A stretch of DNA of 24,000 nucleotides from Bacteroides thetaiotaomicron (GTDB taxonomy: Bacteria; Bacillota; Clostridia; Lachnospirales; Lachnospiraceae), in NCBI GenBank assembly GCA_034142505.1, contig JAWZDV010000062.1, positions 119,112-143,111 on the forward strand, written 5' to 3'. The position numbers and the translations under genes were made by a program. Every line of letters begins with the position of its first letter. The first letter of the stretch is position 1. The notes beneath the pieces were generated by a model, which saw only the letters and a program-made list of their open reading frames with translations, had not been told where the DNA came from and searched no databases. Below are positions 23,819-24,000 of this stretch, in pieces.

Positions 23819-24000
23819 TTATTTGGACATCTTGTCAATTGCTTCCCACAGACCGTTTAAGTAAGTGGCTCCGAGCGCACGGTCATACAGGCCGTAGCCG
23901 GGGCGTCCCACCTCATCCCAGATCATTCTTCCGTGATCCGGACGAATGTACACATCCTCCGGGCAGGTATCATATACCGCTTTCATGATGGCGAACATAT
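23819..24000 (-). CDS. uxuA: Mannonate dehydratase, C-terminal part; the gene runs off the right edge
   Basis: Absent from the ORF track because no start lies in the window. Hand translation of the minus strand ends ...[59 protein letters not shown], with TAA at 23821..23819. IRPDHGR...GRPGY.LYDRA.G..YL.GL is the conserved UxuA C-terminus. Confidence 0.85.
   Translation of the reverse strand, partial: MFAIMKAVYDTCPEDVYIRPDHGRMIWDEVGRPGYGLYDRALGATYLNGLWEAIDKMSK

Noticed and set aside
1-24000. Search for CRISPR arrays, IS elements or transposases, integrases, toxin-antitoxin pairs and known defence-system signatures (nucleases, helicases, methyltransferases)
   Set aside because: I found no regularly spaced direct repeats, no terminal inverted repeats flanking an ORF, and no product with DDE, tyrosine recombinase or serine recombinase, nuclease or helicase motifs. 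The window is metabolic, regulatory and signalling in character.

Overview
This is a gene-dense 24-kb chromosomal segment. By eye it is about 55% GC, with lower GC in the PTS membrane genes and in one roughly 300-bp AT-rich intergenic region. AGGAGG-type RBSs, a lipoprotein-type solute-binding protein and the gene content suggest a Gram-positive anaerobe (Clostridia/Lachnospiraceae-like); that placement is inference only. I call 21 protein-coding genes, 19 of them on the minus strand. Two are truncated at the window edges and are missing from the supplied ORF track; I found them by hand translation. The genes fall into five modules. (1) 1-7750: a CUT2-type sugar ABC importer (SBP, ATPase, two permeases) followed by a phosphotriesterase-like hydrolase, a creatininase-family amidohydrolase and an FGGY kinase, with a divergent GntR/HutC regulator and palindromic operators over the promoters. 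(2) 7812-13269: a seven-gene PTS cluster with the same family content as the uncharacterised E. coli sgc locus (DeoR regulator, EIIA, M42 peptidase, EIIB, galactitol-type EIIC, BtpA/SgcQ barrel, SgcE-like epimerase). It is driven by a near-consensus promoter embedded in a 16-bp perfect inverted repeat. (3) 13573-19790: two translationally coupled cytoplasmic signalling genes. One is a 1262-aa REC/HD-GYP/PAS/GGDEF/GAF/Cys-rich-PAS protein; the other is a PAS-containing hybrid histidine kinase with two receiver domains. (4) 19945-21390: an unusual regulator with two GntR-type wHTH domains, transcribed divergently from module 3 from back-to-back promoters. (5) 21470-24000: a hexuronate module (FCD-type GntR, uxuB, partial uxuA). 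I found no rRNA, tRNA, CRISPR array, transposase, integrase or recognisable defence gene. The items most worth follow-up are the sgc-type cluster, whose function is unknown in any organism, the REC-controlled protein carrying both c-di-GMP-making and c-di-GMP-degrading domains, the tandem-GntR regulator, and the lactonase/amidohydrolase/kinase catabolic operon. All family assignments rest on motifs read from the translations; no database search was possible.
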